From a virus (taxonomy: Duplodnaviria; Caudoviricetes): a stretch of 25,366 nt of DNA. The DNA lies in IMG/VR virus record IMGVR_UViG_3300026007_000006, positions 1 through 25,366 of that record; one strand, 5' to 3'. How positions within the stretch are numbered: the stretch's first letter is position 1; every line of letters starts with the position of its first letter. This document shows positions 1-7,348 of the stretch, piece by piece. The position numbers were made by a program, and so were the translations under genes. The notes under the pieces are model-generated. The model was given only the letters and a program-made list of their open reading frames with translations, made no database searches and was not told where the DNA came from.

Positions 1-299
1 TCAAACCTGATGAACCCCTTCTCATTCAGGCCATTACTCTCCGCCGTCTTCAGATCCTCCGCCACAACTCCACTTTCCTTCAACTTCCCTTCCATCCCAC
101 GGAGTTTAGCCTGGGCCTGGACTCTCACACTCGATCCCCCCGAAGCGAGTTCGATTGCGTCTTCGAGTTCAACCGATCCGTAGTCCAGTTCCAAATTCAC
201 GAAATATTTGTGATTCTTAGGGAGACTTTTCAGGTCACCACCGGCCACAGACATTCCGGTCACTTTGATAACTTTTCCTTCACGCTTCATCGTTGCCAT
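1..299 (-). CDS. Hypothetical protein, C-terminus truncated by the window edge (first gene of the leftward, probably early, operon)
   Basis: ATG at 299-297 is preceded by SD AAAGGAG. The frame is open to the window start: MATMKREGKVIKVTGMSVAGGDLKSLPKNHKYFVNLELDYGSVELEDAIELASGG... It is absent from the ORF track because it has no stop within the window. Confidence 0.75.
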   Translation of the reverse strand, partial: MATMKREGKVIKVTGMSVAGGDLKSLPKNHKYFVNLELDYGSVELEDAIELASGGSSVRVQAQAKLRGMEGKLKESGVVAEDLKTAESNGLNEKGFIRF

Positions 300-422
300 T
301 GTTCGCTCCTTTGTGGCAATCTCAGAGCATGAATGACCCTTGGAACCATGTTTTAGATACCTGCATCGCCTGAGCGGTTTACTCCGTCCCTCAATCGGGC
401 AGGATTACTCCGGTTACCTTCA

Positions 423-438
423 TGTTCCACGTGGAACA
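423..438. promoter_or_regulatory. parS-type centromere site (ParB-binding palindrome)
   Basis: Perfect 16-bp palindrome TGTTCCACGTGGAACA matching the bacterial chromosomal parS consensus TGTTNCACGTGNAACA; non-coding position. Confidence 0.75.
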
Positions 439-461
439 CCACTCTCACCGGTCGTCTAGGA

Positions 462-473
462 TGTCAAAGATCG
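462..473 (-). promoter_or_regulatory. boxA-like antitermination element in the leftward leader
   Basis: Minus strand reads CGATCTTTGACA, 9/12 identical to E. coli rrn boxA TGCTCTTTAACA, and lies just downstream of a leader stem-loop. Confidence 0.4.
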
Positions 474-480
474 AGGGTTG

Positions 481-538
481 ATAAATCCCGGGACAGCCCT
501 CACGGCCCCACACGCCCGTTGCCTGTCTCCCGATTTGT
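481..538 (-). other. Stem-loop at the 5' end of the leftward transcript
   Basis: Nested complementary segments: AAATC 483-487/GATTT 532-536, GACAG 492-496/CTGTC 523-527, ACGG 502-505/CCGT 516-519. Confidence 0.5.
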
Positions 539-545
539 TATAAAC

Positions 546-574
546 ATTATCGCATATCCCGTGGCAATTGTCAA
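546..574 (-). promoter_or_regulatory. Leftward sigma70-type promoter
   Basis: Minus strand TTGACA (574-569), 17 nt, GATAAT (551-546), with an extended -10 TG. Confidence 0.7.
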
Positions 575-773
575 GATAATTCGTCAAACCTCGCAACCAT
601 GGGCGGTTGGCCCCCATCGGGGGGTTCCAGGGGCCGCGCATACTTAGAGTCCCACTAAACCAAAATGCGCAACTGTTATATATGGCACCAAATGGTGGGA
701 TTGGTGGAGGAGACGAGGAGTGGAGGGGGTAAATATTGTCCTGGGTTGGGGGATATAGAGGAAGCAACCTTCG

Positions 774-796
774 CTGTGTTTAAAATTTAAACATAG
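774..796. repeat. Dispersed palindrome copy 1 (CTG-TGTTTAAA-A-TTTAAACA-TAG)
   Basis: Core inverted repeat 777-793; intergenic, about 55 bp upstream of the rightward -35. Confidence 0.9.
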
Positions 797-849
797 GAAA
801 TCTCTCCAAAGAGGGAATACCTCTGCCCACAATTGTGACAAATGTTGTC

Positions 850-878
850 TTGACTACTATCGGAAATAATGTTATAAC
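850..878 (+). promoter_or_regulatory. Rightward sigma70-type promoter for the morphogenesis operon
   Basis: TTGACT (850-855), 17 nt, TATAAC (873-878), with TG at 870-871 (extended -10). A purine-rich SD and ATG 910 follow. Confidence 0.7.
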
Positions 879-909
879 GGGAGAAAGGAGTAACAAGAGG
901 GAGAAGTTT

Positions 910-1479
910 ATGCCAGAATTAGTTCACACCAAAGGAACTCCAGAATTCCGTCAGCAATTGGATAAGAGGCGGAGAATCCCTGGAGAGCCTAAAAAAGGTT
1001 TTGAAGCTACTCAGATGTGGGATCGCTATCAAGAGATCGCTAGGAGAGTGGTGGTCGGGCAGAGTAATGTAGAGATCGCCAATGACCTAGGAGTCACTCC
1101 TCAGATGGTTTCCTATGTGAGAAACTCTGATATTATAAAGCAGCAAATCGGGAACTTGCAGGAACAGGCCAATGATGACGCTGTGTCTGTATCAAAGAGG
1201 ATCAAGTCTCTAGCCCCTCATGCTTTGAAACTTTTAGAAGAGATCATAGTTGAAGGCAAGGTAGCTTCTGAAACAATCCCGGCCAAGCTCCGAGCTCATC
1301 ATGCAGAGAAAGTTCTTGACCGCGCCGGGCATATGCCTCCTAAAGAAATCCGCTCTTTAAATCTCCACGGACATTACACCCCAGATGAACTCGAAGCCCT
1401 GAAACAACGCGCCACTCAAAGTGCTCAAGGTGCGGGAATCCTTGATGTGGAATATAAGGAAGTCAATGAGTCTGAGTAA
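910..1479 (+). CDS. HTH DNA-binding protein, probable terminase small subunit
   Basis: HTH-like segment ARRVVVGQSNVEIANDLGVTPQMVSYVRNS, a helical middle and a KVLDRAGH motif; first gene of the packaging operon. Start moved from GTG 835 to ATG 910 (SD GAGGGAG; the promoter overlaps 835-878). Confidence 0.6.
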   Translation: MPELVHTKGTPEFRQQLDKRRRIPGEPKKGFEATQMWDRYQEIARRVVVGQSNVEIANDLGVTPQMVSYVRNSDIIKQQIGNLQEQANDDAVSVSKRIKSLAPHALKLLEEIIVEGKVASETIPAKLRAHHAEKVLDRAGHMPPKEIRSLNLHGHYTPDELEALKQRATQSAQGAGILDVEYKEVNESE

Positions 1480-1885
1480 TGAACAGTGGGAGTTCCTACA
1501 AGACATTTGTAAACTTGTAGCCTATGCCAAGTCAAAAGGGTATAAGCTCACAGGTGGGGAACTCTATCGGCCGATGTCTATGCAGTATCTCTATTTCTTT
1601 GGGTTTAAGGTTTTACGTTGGGCTTCTGGGGCGCTTCCACTAGGATTGGCCATAGCGCCTAAACTTAGTAAAACTCTAGACTCCATGCACCTGCAGCGTT
1701 TAGCCATGGACTTTAATATTTTCTTCGACGTGGACGACGATGGCATCAAAGACTATATTGACACTGCCGAAGAATACCAATTTATTGGGACTGACCTTGG
1801 GGATTTCTGGCTCTCGCTCAACAAAAAGAACACTTGTGGTTTCGCTTGGGGTTGGGACCAAGGTCATTTTGAGCGAAGAGTATAG
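1466..1885 (+). CDS. Endolysin, peptidase M15-type (L-Ala-D-Glu peptidase-like)
   Basis: ELYR...SMHLQRLAMD...WDQGHFE fits the R / SxH-x6-D / DxxH Zn-binding pattern of M15 peptidases. Start at ATG 1466 after SD AAGGA. Confidence 0.8.
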   Translation: MSLSNEQWEFLQDICKLVAYAKSKGYKLTGGELYRPMSMQYLYFFGFKVLRWASGALPLGLAIAPKLSKTLDSMHLQRLAMDFNIFFDVDDDGIKDYIDTAEEYQFIGTDLGDFWLSLNKKNTCGFAWGWDQGHFERRV

Positions 1886-1891
1886 CCGCTT

Positions 1892-1914
1892 CTATGTTTA
1901 AAATTTAAACACAG
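1892..1914. repeat. Dispersed palindrome copy 2 (CTA-TGTTTAAA-A-TTTAAACA-CAG)
   Basis: Core 1895-1911, between the endolysin stop and the next gene. Confidence 0.9.
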
Positions 1915-1927
1915 GGAATATGTTATA

Positions 1928-2530
1928 GTGATTACACGAAACCTGACAAATCTTGGAGAAGAGTTTACCAGCTTTCTAAATGGAAATTTGTCATTTCTTC
2001 TGGTTTCTGAAGGAGATCGAAGTCCTTCTGTGTATGATACTACTACCCTGGAACCTATTCATATAGACCAGAGTGAGGTTTCTATAGATGGTACAGGGCT
2101 GTTTACAGTTCCTTTATGGCCAAATGAACGAGGAAACATTCCCACGTTTTATTTAGTAACTTTGACCCTAAATGAAGTTAAGCGCGCATCTTATAAAATT
2201 CAGATCCCTGATGGAGTTGGAGATATTTCCTGGAGTGCCGTGCAGACTGTTGATCTCTCTCCGAGCGCACTGTCCCTTCTGACTGCTTCTCAAGTTGTTG
2301 TCGATACCGCAAATTTTATAAAGAATCTTGGAGTAGCCGACACTGATGTTCAGAAAGCTCTAGAAACTTTGGATGCTTTAATAGCTGCTGGAGGAGTTCC
2401 TCTATATGCCGGAGACCCTGGAGCGCCTAACACAGATGATGTCTGGATTAACACTGTGAGTGGGCAGCTTAAAGCTAAAACAGCTTCTGGGACTATTGTA
2501 TTTGAAGCTTTAGCGTTTGTAGCAGATTAG
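1928..2530 (+). CDS. Putative fibre-associated virion protein
   Basis: Beta-rich N-terminal region; ASQVVVDTANF...TDVQKALETLD and PGAPNTDDVWINT segments resemble phage fibre repeat motifs. The GTG start is uncertain. Confidence 0.5.
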   Translation: MITRNLTNLGEEFTSFLNGNLSFLLVSEGDRSPSVYDTTTLEPIHIDQSEVSIDGTGLFTVPLWPNERGNIPTFYLVTLTLNEVKRASYKIQIPDGVGDISWSAVQTVDLSPSALSLLTASQVVVDTANFIKNLGVADTDVQKALETLDALIAAGGVPLYAGDPGAPNTDDVWINTVSGQLKAKTASGTIVFEALAFVAD

Positions 2531-2545
2531 TTAGAAAGGGATATT

Positions 2546-4057
2546 ATGAGACTGTTATTGTCAACACTTTTGGTCTTAATACTTTGTACCCCTGCTTCAG
2601 CTTTTTTAGATTATGGAGACATTGTAGGATTATGGACCGCTTGTAATGGCTACCTCAAATCCGATGGTACCTGTGACACCGCTCCTGATTCCAAACCAGA
2701 CGTTTACCTGGCTTACGCTGACTCAGGCGCGCTCGAATCAGCCAAGCCCTGCGCCAGCAACTCAGGCGATATGGCGTGGACAACCGACCTTAATTTTTAT
2801 ATCTGCGACGGGGTATCCTGGCAGAATGCCGGCAGTAGTGTTGTGTTTACCAGACTAGAAGACATAATTTTTGACGACTTCAACCGAACTGATTCAAACC
2901 CCCTCAGCGGGAGTTGGGCAACCGTTCCTGATTTTAACCCTGTTCAAATTGTGTCAGGGATTGCCAGAGGTGGCCAAAGTGGTCCTACCAGTTCAATGGC
3001 TTACAGGACCGATGCTACGCCGACGGGGAAGGCGCAGTGGGCCTCGATAGAGATCGGTGCTGGTCAGTCCGTTGCTTACCAAGGGGTCATGCTGCGCAAC
3101 CTTAACGCTACAAACGGCACATTCTATGTAGTATGGACCACAAACGCGACCACCATCGGTGTGCATAGGTGGACGGATGGGACAGACACAGCGATAGGGG
3201 GCATAACTGTTCCAACGCTCGTTCCGGGCGACGTGCTACGGGCTGAAATCGAGGGGCCAGATGTTGGGCCTAGGATTCAGGTTTATGTCAACGACATATT
3301 GGTTGGCACTCTTACCGATGACAACGCTGGGCAGATTACTTCCGTCGGAACGTGGGCGATTCACACGCTCGGGACCGGCGCAACGGGCCTCGACAACTTC
3401 AAGGCTGGCAATATTCTCTACGAGGGGACAACTCAACCAGTCTTTGATTCGGCAGGAGAAAATTTTGCAGAGAGTGGGACAAGCGTTTCAGTTTCTCATA
3501 CGATGGGGGTTGGTGCGAATGGCATTCTCCTCGCGTGGGTCGGGTGGGACAGCACGACCGAATCACTCTCCAGCGTGACCTATGAGGGCGTACCTATGAC
3601 TGCTGTTCTTGGTGGTTCAGGTGAATATGCCAACCATACGTCAGGGGCTTGGTATTATACACTCGCACCAACTCCAGGAACAAAAACAATAGTGGCCACC
3701 TTAACCGGGGGAAGTCATTTCGGTCTGCTTTGCCAAACTGTGTCTTTTACTGGAGTGCTCCAAGCATCCCCAATCGAAGATGTTTTTGTTACTGATGGAT
3801 ACTTGACAAACGTCGCAAATCTTGCTTTCCCGAAAAGCCCCGCTGATATTGTTGTAGATGGGACGATGGCTATCTGGTCGGGCGGAGCTGTCTCATTAAC
3901 AGCCGGTAGCAATCAGACTGAGCGGGTTAATACTATGTCTGCTTACGGAACTGCTGGAATTTCGACAGAAGATGGCCCGACTTACGATGGTACCGACTGG
4001 ACACTCGGCGGTGACAAAGACCACGTGAATATTGCCTTTACACTCAAAGGGCTTTAG
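2546..4057 (+). CDS. Signal-peptide-bearing multidomain beta-sandwich/lectin-like protein (receptor-binding-like)
   Basis: N-terminus MRLLLSTLLVLILCTPASA| ends in AxA. A DDFNR...W segment suggests a ConA/lectin-like domain; the C-terminal domain is Gly/Thr/Ser-rich and beta-type. SD AAAGGG. Confidence 0.55.
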   Translation: MRLLLSTLLVLILCTPASAFLDYGDIVGLWTACNGYLKSDGTCDTAPDSKPDVYLAYADSGALESAKPCASNSGDMAWTTDLNFYICDGVSWQNAGSSVVFTRLEDIIFDDFNRTDSNPLSGSWATVPDFNPVQIVSGIARGGQSGPTSSMAYRTDATPTGKAQWASIEIGAGQSVAYQGVMLRNLNATNGTFYVVWTTNATTIGVHRWTDGTDTAIGGITVPTLVPGDVLRAEIEGPDVGPRIQVYVNDILVGTLTDDNAGQITSVGTWAIHTLGTGATGLDNFKAGNILYEGTTQPVFDSAGENFAESGTSVSVSHTMGVGANGILLAWVGWDSTTESLSSVTYEGVPMTAVLGGSGEYANHTSGAWYYTLAPTPGTKTIVATLTGGSHFGLLCQTVSFTGVLQASPIEDVFVTDGYLTNVANLAFPKSPADIVVDGTMAIWSGGAVSLTAGSNQTERVNTMSAYGTAGISTEDGPTYDGTDWTLGGDKDHVNIAFTLKGL

Positions 4058-4101
4058 GAGACAAATGAACTTGCACAATACCACAACCAATAGGAGATTC
4101 T

Positions 4102-4344
4102 ATGAAAACTTGGGTAAGTAAATTCTGGTATGGGCATGGAGAGAGGCTTATTTATTGTCTCTTGGTAGTAATCCTTGCCGTGGGGTTCATGCTCTCAAGT
4201 GTCGAAGATTTGAGCAAAAGTGCTCCAACTCTTCTGATTGCTGTAGCGACGTTGTTCTTAAACAAAGCTCGTGGTTCATCTATCGAGCATAACAAAGAGG
4301 AGACTCCAGATGATTCGAAACCTATTCAGTCTGATCCTGTGTAG
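4102..4344 (+). CDS. Putative holin
   Basis: 80 aa with two hydrophobic segments (LIYCLLVVILAVGFML; LLIAVATLFL) and a charged C-terminal tail; SD AGGAG. Confidence 0.55.
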   Translation: MKTWVSKFWYGHGERLIYCLLVVILAVGFMLSSVEDLSKSAPTLLIAVATLFLNKARGSSIEHNKEETPDDSKPIQSDPV

Positions 4345-4705
4345 TTTTATCCTGTTCGGTTGTGCTGGTTGGGCGCAGAAGAATCAGGAAAACAAAGTGG
4401 CTGATACTCTGTTAGGGACAAAGGCAACGATTGTAAGTCTTGCGGTTAGTGCTGATCAGCTGTGCTCTCAAGGCGCATTGACTCAAGTACAGTGTGATAA
4501 GGTTGCATCGATCTATTCTCAAGCCAAAGGCACTTATGACTTAGCCGCAACGACTATGGAGTTGGCGCTGGAAAGTTCAGAGCAATCCGGCTGGGATGCT
4601 TATGTGGCATATCATACACAGTTTATGGATCTCTATGTATCTCTAATAGATTATCTTGCCACTCAAGGGATTCTTGAAACTGTTGAGAAAGGAGAAGTAC
4701 AATGA
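4310..4705 (+). CDS. Lipoprotein (possible outer-membrane spanin component)
   Basis: Start moved to ATG 4310 (SD GAGGAG): MIRNLFSLILCSFILFG|C gives a lipobox-like site; the mature part is helical. Overlaps the end of the holin. Confidence 0.65.
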   Translation: MIRNLFSLILCSFILFGCAGWAQKNQENKVADTLLGTKATIVSLAVSADQLCSQGALTQVQCDKVASIYSQAKGTYDLAATTMELALESSEQSGWDAYVAYHTQFMDLYVSLIDYLATQGILETVEKGEVQ

Positions 4706-4887
4706 CGCAGGCACAAGTTAATCTTATTCTCGGTCTGATTCCTGTGGCAGATTCGATCATCTTCAGGGTTGGAAGTGAGCTGTTGGAAATGAGTTCTGAG
4801 AATCTTACCAAAGAAGAACTTATTAAAGCTATCGAAGCCTCCAAGTCTGAGAGTTGGCCAGAGTTGAAGTTTGTAAGTCCTCGTTAA
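4702..4887 (+). CDS. Small hypothetical protein
   Basis: ATGA overlap with the lipoprotein stop; SD AAGGAG; 61 aa. Confidence 0.65.
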   Translation: MTQAQVNLILGLIPVADSIIFRVGSELLEMSSENLTKEELIKAIEASKSESWPELKFVSPR

Positions 4888-4915
4888 CCCTCAGGCATTT
4901 AGGAGGATGTGTCTT

Positions 4916-5254
4916 ATGAAGAAAGTTGAGGACTGCGTGTTGAAGGAAGGAGAAGATTCTTCTTCATGTCCTCTAGCTAGTACAGCAGTAGACGTTCGCT
5001 GGATGAAGAGATTAGGAGGGTGGACGTTTACTGCCGTAATGGCTGTGTTGGCTTTAGTTGTGTTAAGCATCTATAACTCTGGCTATCAGGTGCGCGGCAT
5101 AGAACAAAATGCTAAGGATGTGACTAGGATTGATATTAACGATCGTAATCAGGATAAGTCTATTTCTGAATTGCGGCAAAATCAAAAAGTTTTAGAAAAA
5201 TCTGTGCATGAATTGGAAGAAGATCGTAGATTTAGTAAAGGAATATCTCACTAA
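4916..5254 (+). CDS. Single-TM membrane protein with C-terminal coiled coil (possible inner-membrane spanin or lysis accessory)
   Basis: SD AGGAGG 4901-4906 favours ATG 4916. TM segment WTFTAVMAVLALVVLSIY is followed by heptads ISELRQNQKVLEKSVHELEE. Confidence 0.55.
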   Translation: MKKVEDCVLKEGEDSSSCPLASTAVDVRWMKRLGGWTFTAVMAVLALVVLSIYNSGYQVRGIEQNAKDVTRIDINDRNQDKSISELRQNQKVLEKSVHELEEDRRFSKGISH

Positions 5255-6723
5255 TGTTTGAAGGGCCTATTATAAAAACTCCAGAGATGGACAGGCTCTT
5301 AGAGAAGTGCTATCTCAGCACTCGAGTGACTGCTAATACTCTATTTCCTGAGAGAATGTTTAGGCCGTTTACAACTATTCATGACGACTTTTTTAAACTC
5401 TTAGATGATGATTCCGCTCAGAAGATATGTATTGCTGCTCCTAGAGGATTTGGTAAGACGACTCTAGGAACTATTACCTATCCTGCGAAGAAGATTCTCT
5501 TTGGCGAGAAAAAGTTTATAATGCCCGTGTCGGCTACAGCACTATCAGCAATGTCTCAAGGGGAAAATCTTAAGAGAGAGCTTCTCAGTAACATTCATAT
5601 CTCTCGCCTCTTTGGGCCTATGAAATCTGACATTTTCTCCAAAGAGCAGTGGGTCACTGCTAATGGAATTATGGTGATGCCTAGAGGTGCTGGACAACAG
5701 GTTCGTGGTCAGCTCTTTGGCGCACATCGTCCGGACCTGATCGTCATAGATGACCTTGAAACAACTGAAGGAGTATTCTCTGATGAACAGCGTAAGAAGA
5801 CCAAAGAGTGGTTCTACTCAGACTTGTGTAACTGTGTAGATCGCTCAAGCAAGAATTGGAAAATTATCTTTATTGGCACAGTTCTTCATGAAGACTCTTT
5901 GCTAATCGAACTGTTGGAAGACCCTAGTTGGAAATCAATTAGGCTGGAAATATGCGACGATGATTTCAACTCTAATTGGCCAGACTTTATGTCCTCTGAA
6001 GCATGTTTGGAACTGTATGAGGAATATAAGAGGAAAAGCCAAGCAGATGTTTTCTATAGAGAGTATCGCAATATACCTATCTCGACTGAAGATGCAGTAT
6101 TCAAAGCGGAATACTTCAAGTATTACAATGAGGAAGACATTGACCCTAAGGCTTTAATGAACTGTGTTATTGTCGATCCTGCTAAAACTGTCCAGATGCA
6201 TTCTGCAGAGTCTGGCATTGTAGGATGGGGTATTGATAGAAGTTCCCACAAGATGTATGTTCGTGATGTGGTGGCAGGGAAGTTCCATCCTGATGAATTA
6301 TATGATGAAGCCTTTAAGATGGTTCAAAGGCTTAATGCACAAATTCTTGCTGTGGAGGTGACTTCTCTAAACGAGTTTATCACTCAGCCTATCAAAAACG
6401 AGATGCGAGTTAGGGGAATCTTTCCTCGCTTTGTGGAACTAAAAGCTAGAGGGCATAAAGAAGATCGTGTTAAAACCCTTTCTCCATTCTACCGTTTAGG
6501 CTATGTCTATCATAATCCAGATGTAGCCAGAAGGCTTGAATCTCAGTTGATAGGTTTTCCTAGATCTAAATACTGGGACATTATGGATGCTGCGGCATAT
6601 GTAGTTGAGCTAATGGAGCTTGAAGGAGATTACTTCGATCCGATGGATAAGTATGATAATCCTGAAGATGAGTATGCTGATCTGGATAATGACGATCCGT
6701 TGGATGTTGCTGGCTATGTTTAA
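5254..6723 (+). CDS. terL: Terminase large subunit
   Basis: Walker A APRGFGKT, Walker B LIVIDD, coupling motif IGT, and RNase H-like nuclease acidic residues (VIVDPA, AVEV, WDIMDA); TAATG coupling with the upstream gene. Confidence 0.93.
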   Translation: MFEGPIIKTPEMDRLLEKCYLSTRVTANTLFPERMFRPFTTIHDDFFKLLDDDSAQKICIAAPRGFGKTTLGTITYPAKKILFGEKKFIMPVSATALSAMSQGENLKRELLSNIHISRLFGPMKSDIFSKEQWVTANGIMVMPRGAGQQVRGQLFGAHRPDLIVIDDLETTEGVFSDEQRKKTKEWFYSDLCNCVDRSSKNWKIIFIGTVLHEDSLLIELLEDPSWKSIRLEICDDDFNSNWPDFMSSEACLELYEEYKRKSQADVFYREYRNIPISTEDAVFKAEYFKYYNEEDIDPKALMNCVIVDPAKTVQMHSAESGIVGWGIDRSSHKMYVRDVVAGKFHPDELYDEAFKMVQRLNAQILAVEVTSLNEFITQPIKNEMRVRGIFPRFVELKARGHKEDRVKTLSPFYRLGYVYHNPDVARRLESQLIGFPRSKYWDIMDAAAYVVELMELEGDYFDPMDKYDNPEDEYADLDNDDPLDVAGYV

Positions 6724-6736
6724 ATTTTAAACACAG
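6714..6736. repeat. Dispersed palindrome copy 3 (CTA-TGTTTAAA-T-TTTAAACA-CAG)
   Basis: Core 6717-6733. It contains the TerL stop codon (TAA 6721-6723) and abuts the SD of the next gene. Confidence 0.9.
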
Positions 6737-6743
6737 GGAATGT

Positions 6744-7334
6744 ATGGCACAGAAAAGGTTTTGGATAGGGTCATTAGGCCCGTTCTTCTATGATGATACA
6801 GATGCTCTGCATGATCCTGATGGAGTGATTTCTGATACACAGAAGACTGTTTATAGTGAAGGGCAAGTTCATATAGATGAGGCTCCTACAGAAGATAATC
6901 ATGTCCTGAGGAAAAAAGACCTTGAGGCTGCCTTAGTTTCTGGCATGATCCTTATGTGGTCTGGAGCAGTTGAGGCTATTCCTGTTGGTTGGGTCTTGTG
7001 TGATGGGGCTAATGGGACCCCTGATTTAACTGATAAGTTTATCCTTGGCGCCGGAGGAGCAGCAGCTGTTGGAGATACTGGGGGACAAGACAGTGTTACG
7101 TTGGTAGAAGGTAATCTCCCTGCACATACGCATAGTATTTCTGCAGATGGAGACCACTCAGGGCATGATACAGGGACTGTTGAAGTTCAAAGCGGTTCTG
7201 GAACTTTTGTAAACACTGGAGATTCTTCCCCAGGAGATCATAGCCATACAGGTAGTACTGGAAGTGTTGGTAGCGCTACTGCTTTTGATAATCGTCCTAG
7301 TTATTATGCTCTTGCATTTATAATGAAGGCTTAA
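6744..7334 (+). CDS. Tail-collar-domain / short fibre protein
   Basis: GMILMWSG...IPVGWVLCDGANGTPDLTDKFILGAG collar motif; NLPAHTH and HSH His pairs; terminal NRPSYYALAFIMK as in T4 gp12-like tip/collar proteins. Confidence 0.85.
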   Translation: MAQKRFWIGSLGPFFYDDTDALHDPDGVISDTQKTVYSEGQVHIDEAPTEDNHVLRKKDLEAALVSGMILMWSGAVEAIPVGWVLCDGANGTPDLTDKFILGAGGAAAVGDTGGQDSVTLVEGNLPAHTHSISADGDHSGHDTGTVEVQSGSGTFVNTGDSSPGDHSHTGSTGSVGSATAFDNRPSYYALAFIMKA

Positions 7335-7348
7335 AGGAAGGATGTAAA

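Noticed and set aside
462-467. Second leftward -35 (TTGACA)
   Set aside because: No -10 hexamer at 16-18 nt spacing; better explained as part of the boxA-like element.
456-841. Minus-strand ORFs 456-767 and 644-841
   Set aside because: They overlap a promoter, the leader hairpin or palindrome copy 1, lack convincing SD sequences and have atypical composition; the region reads as regulatory.
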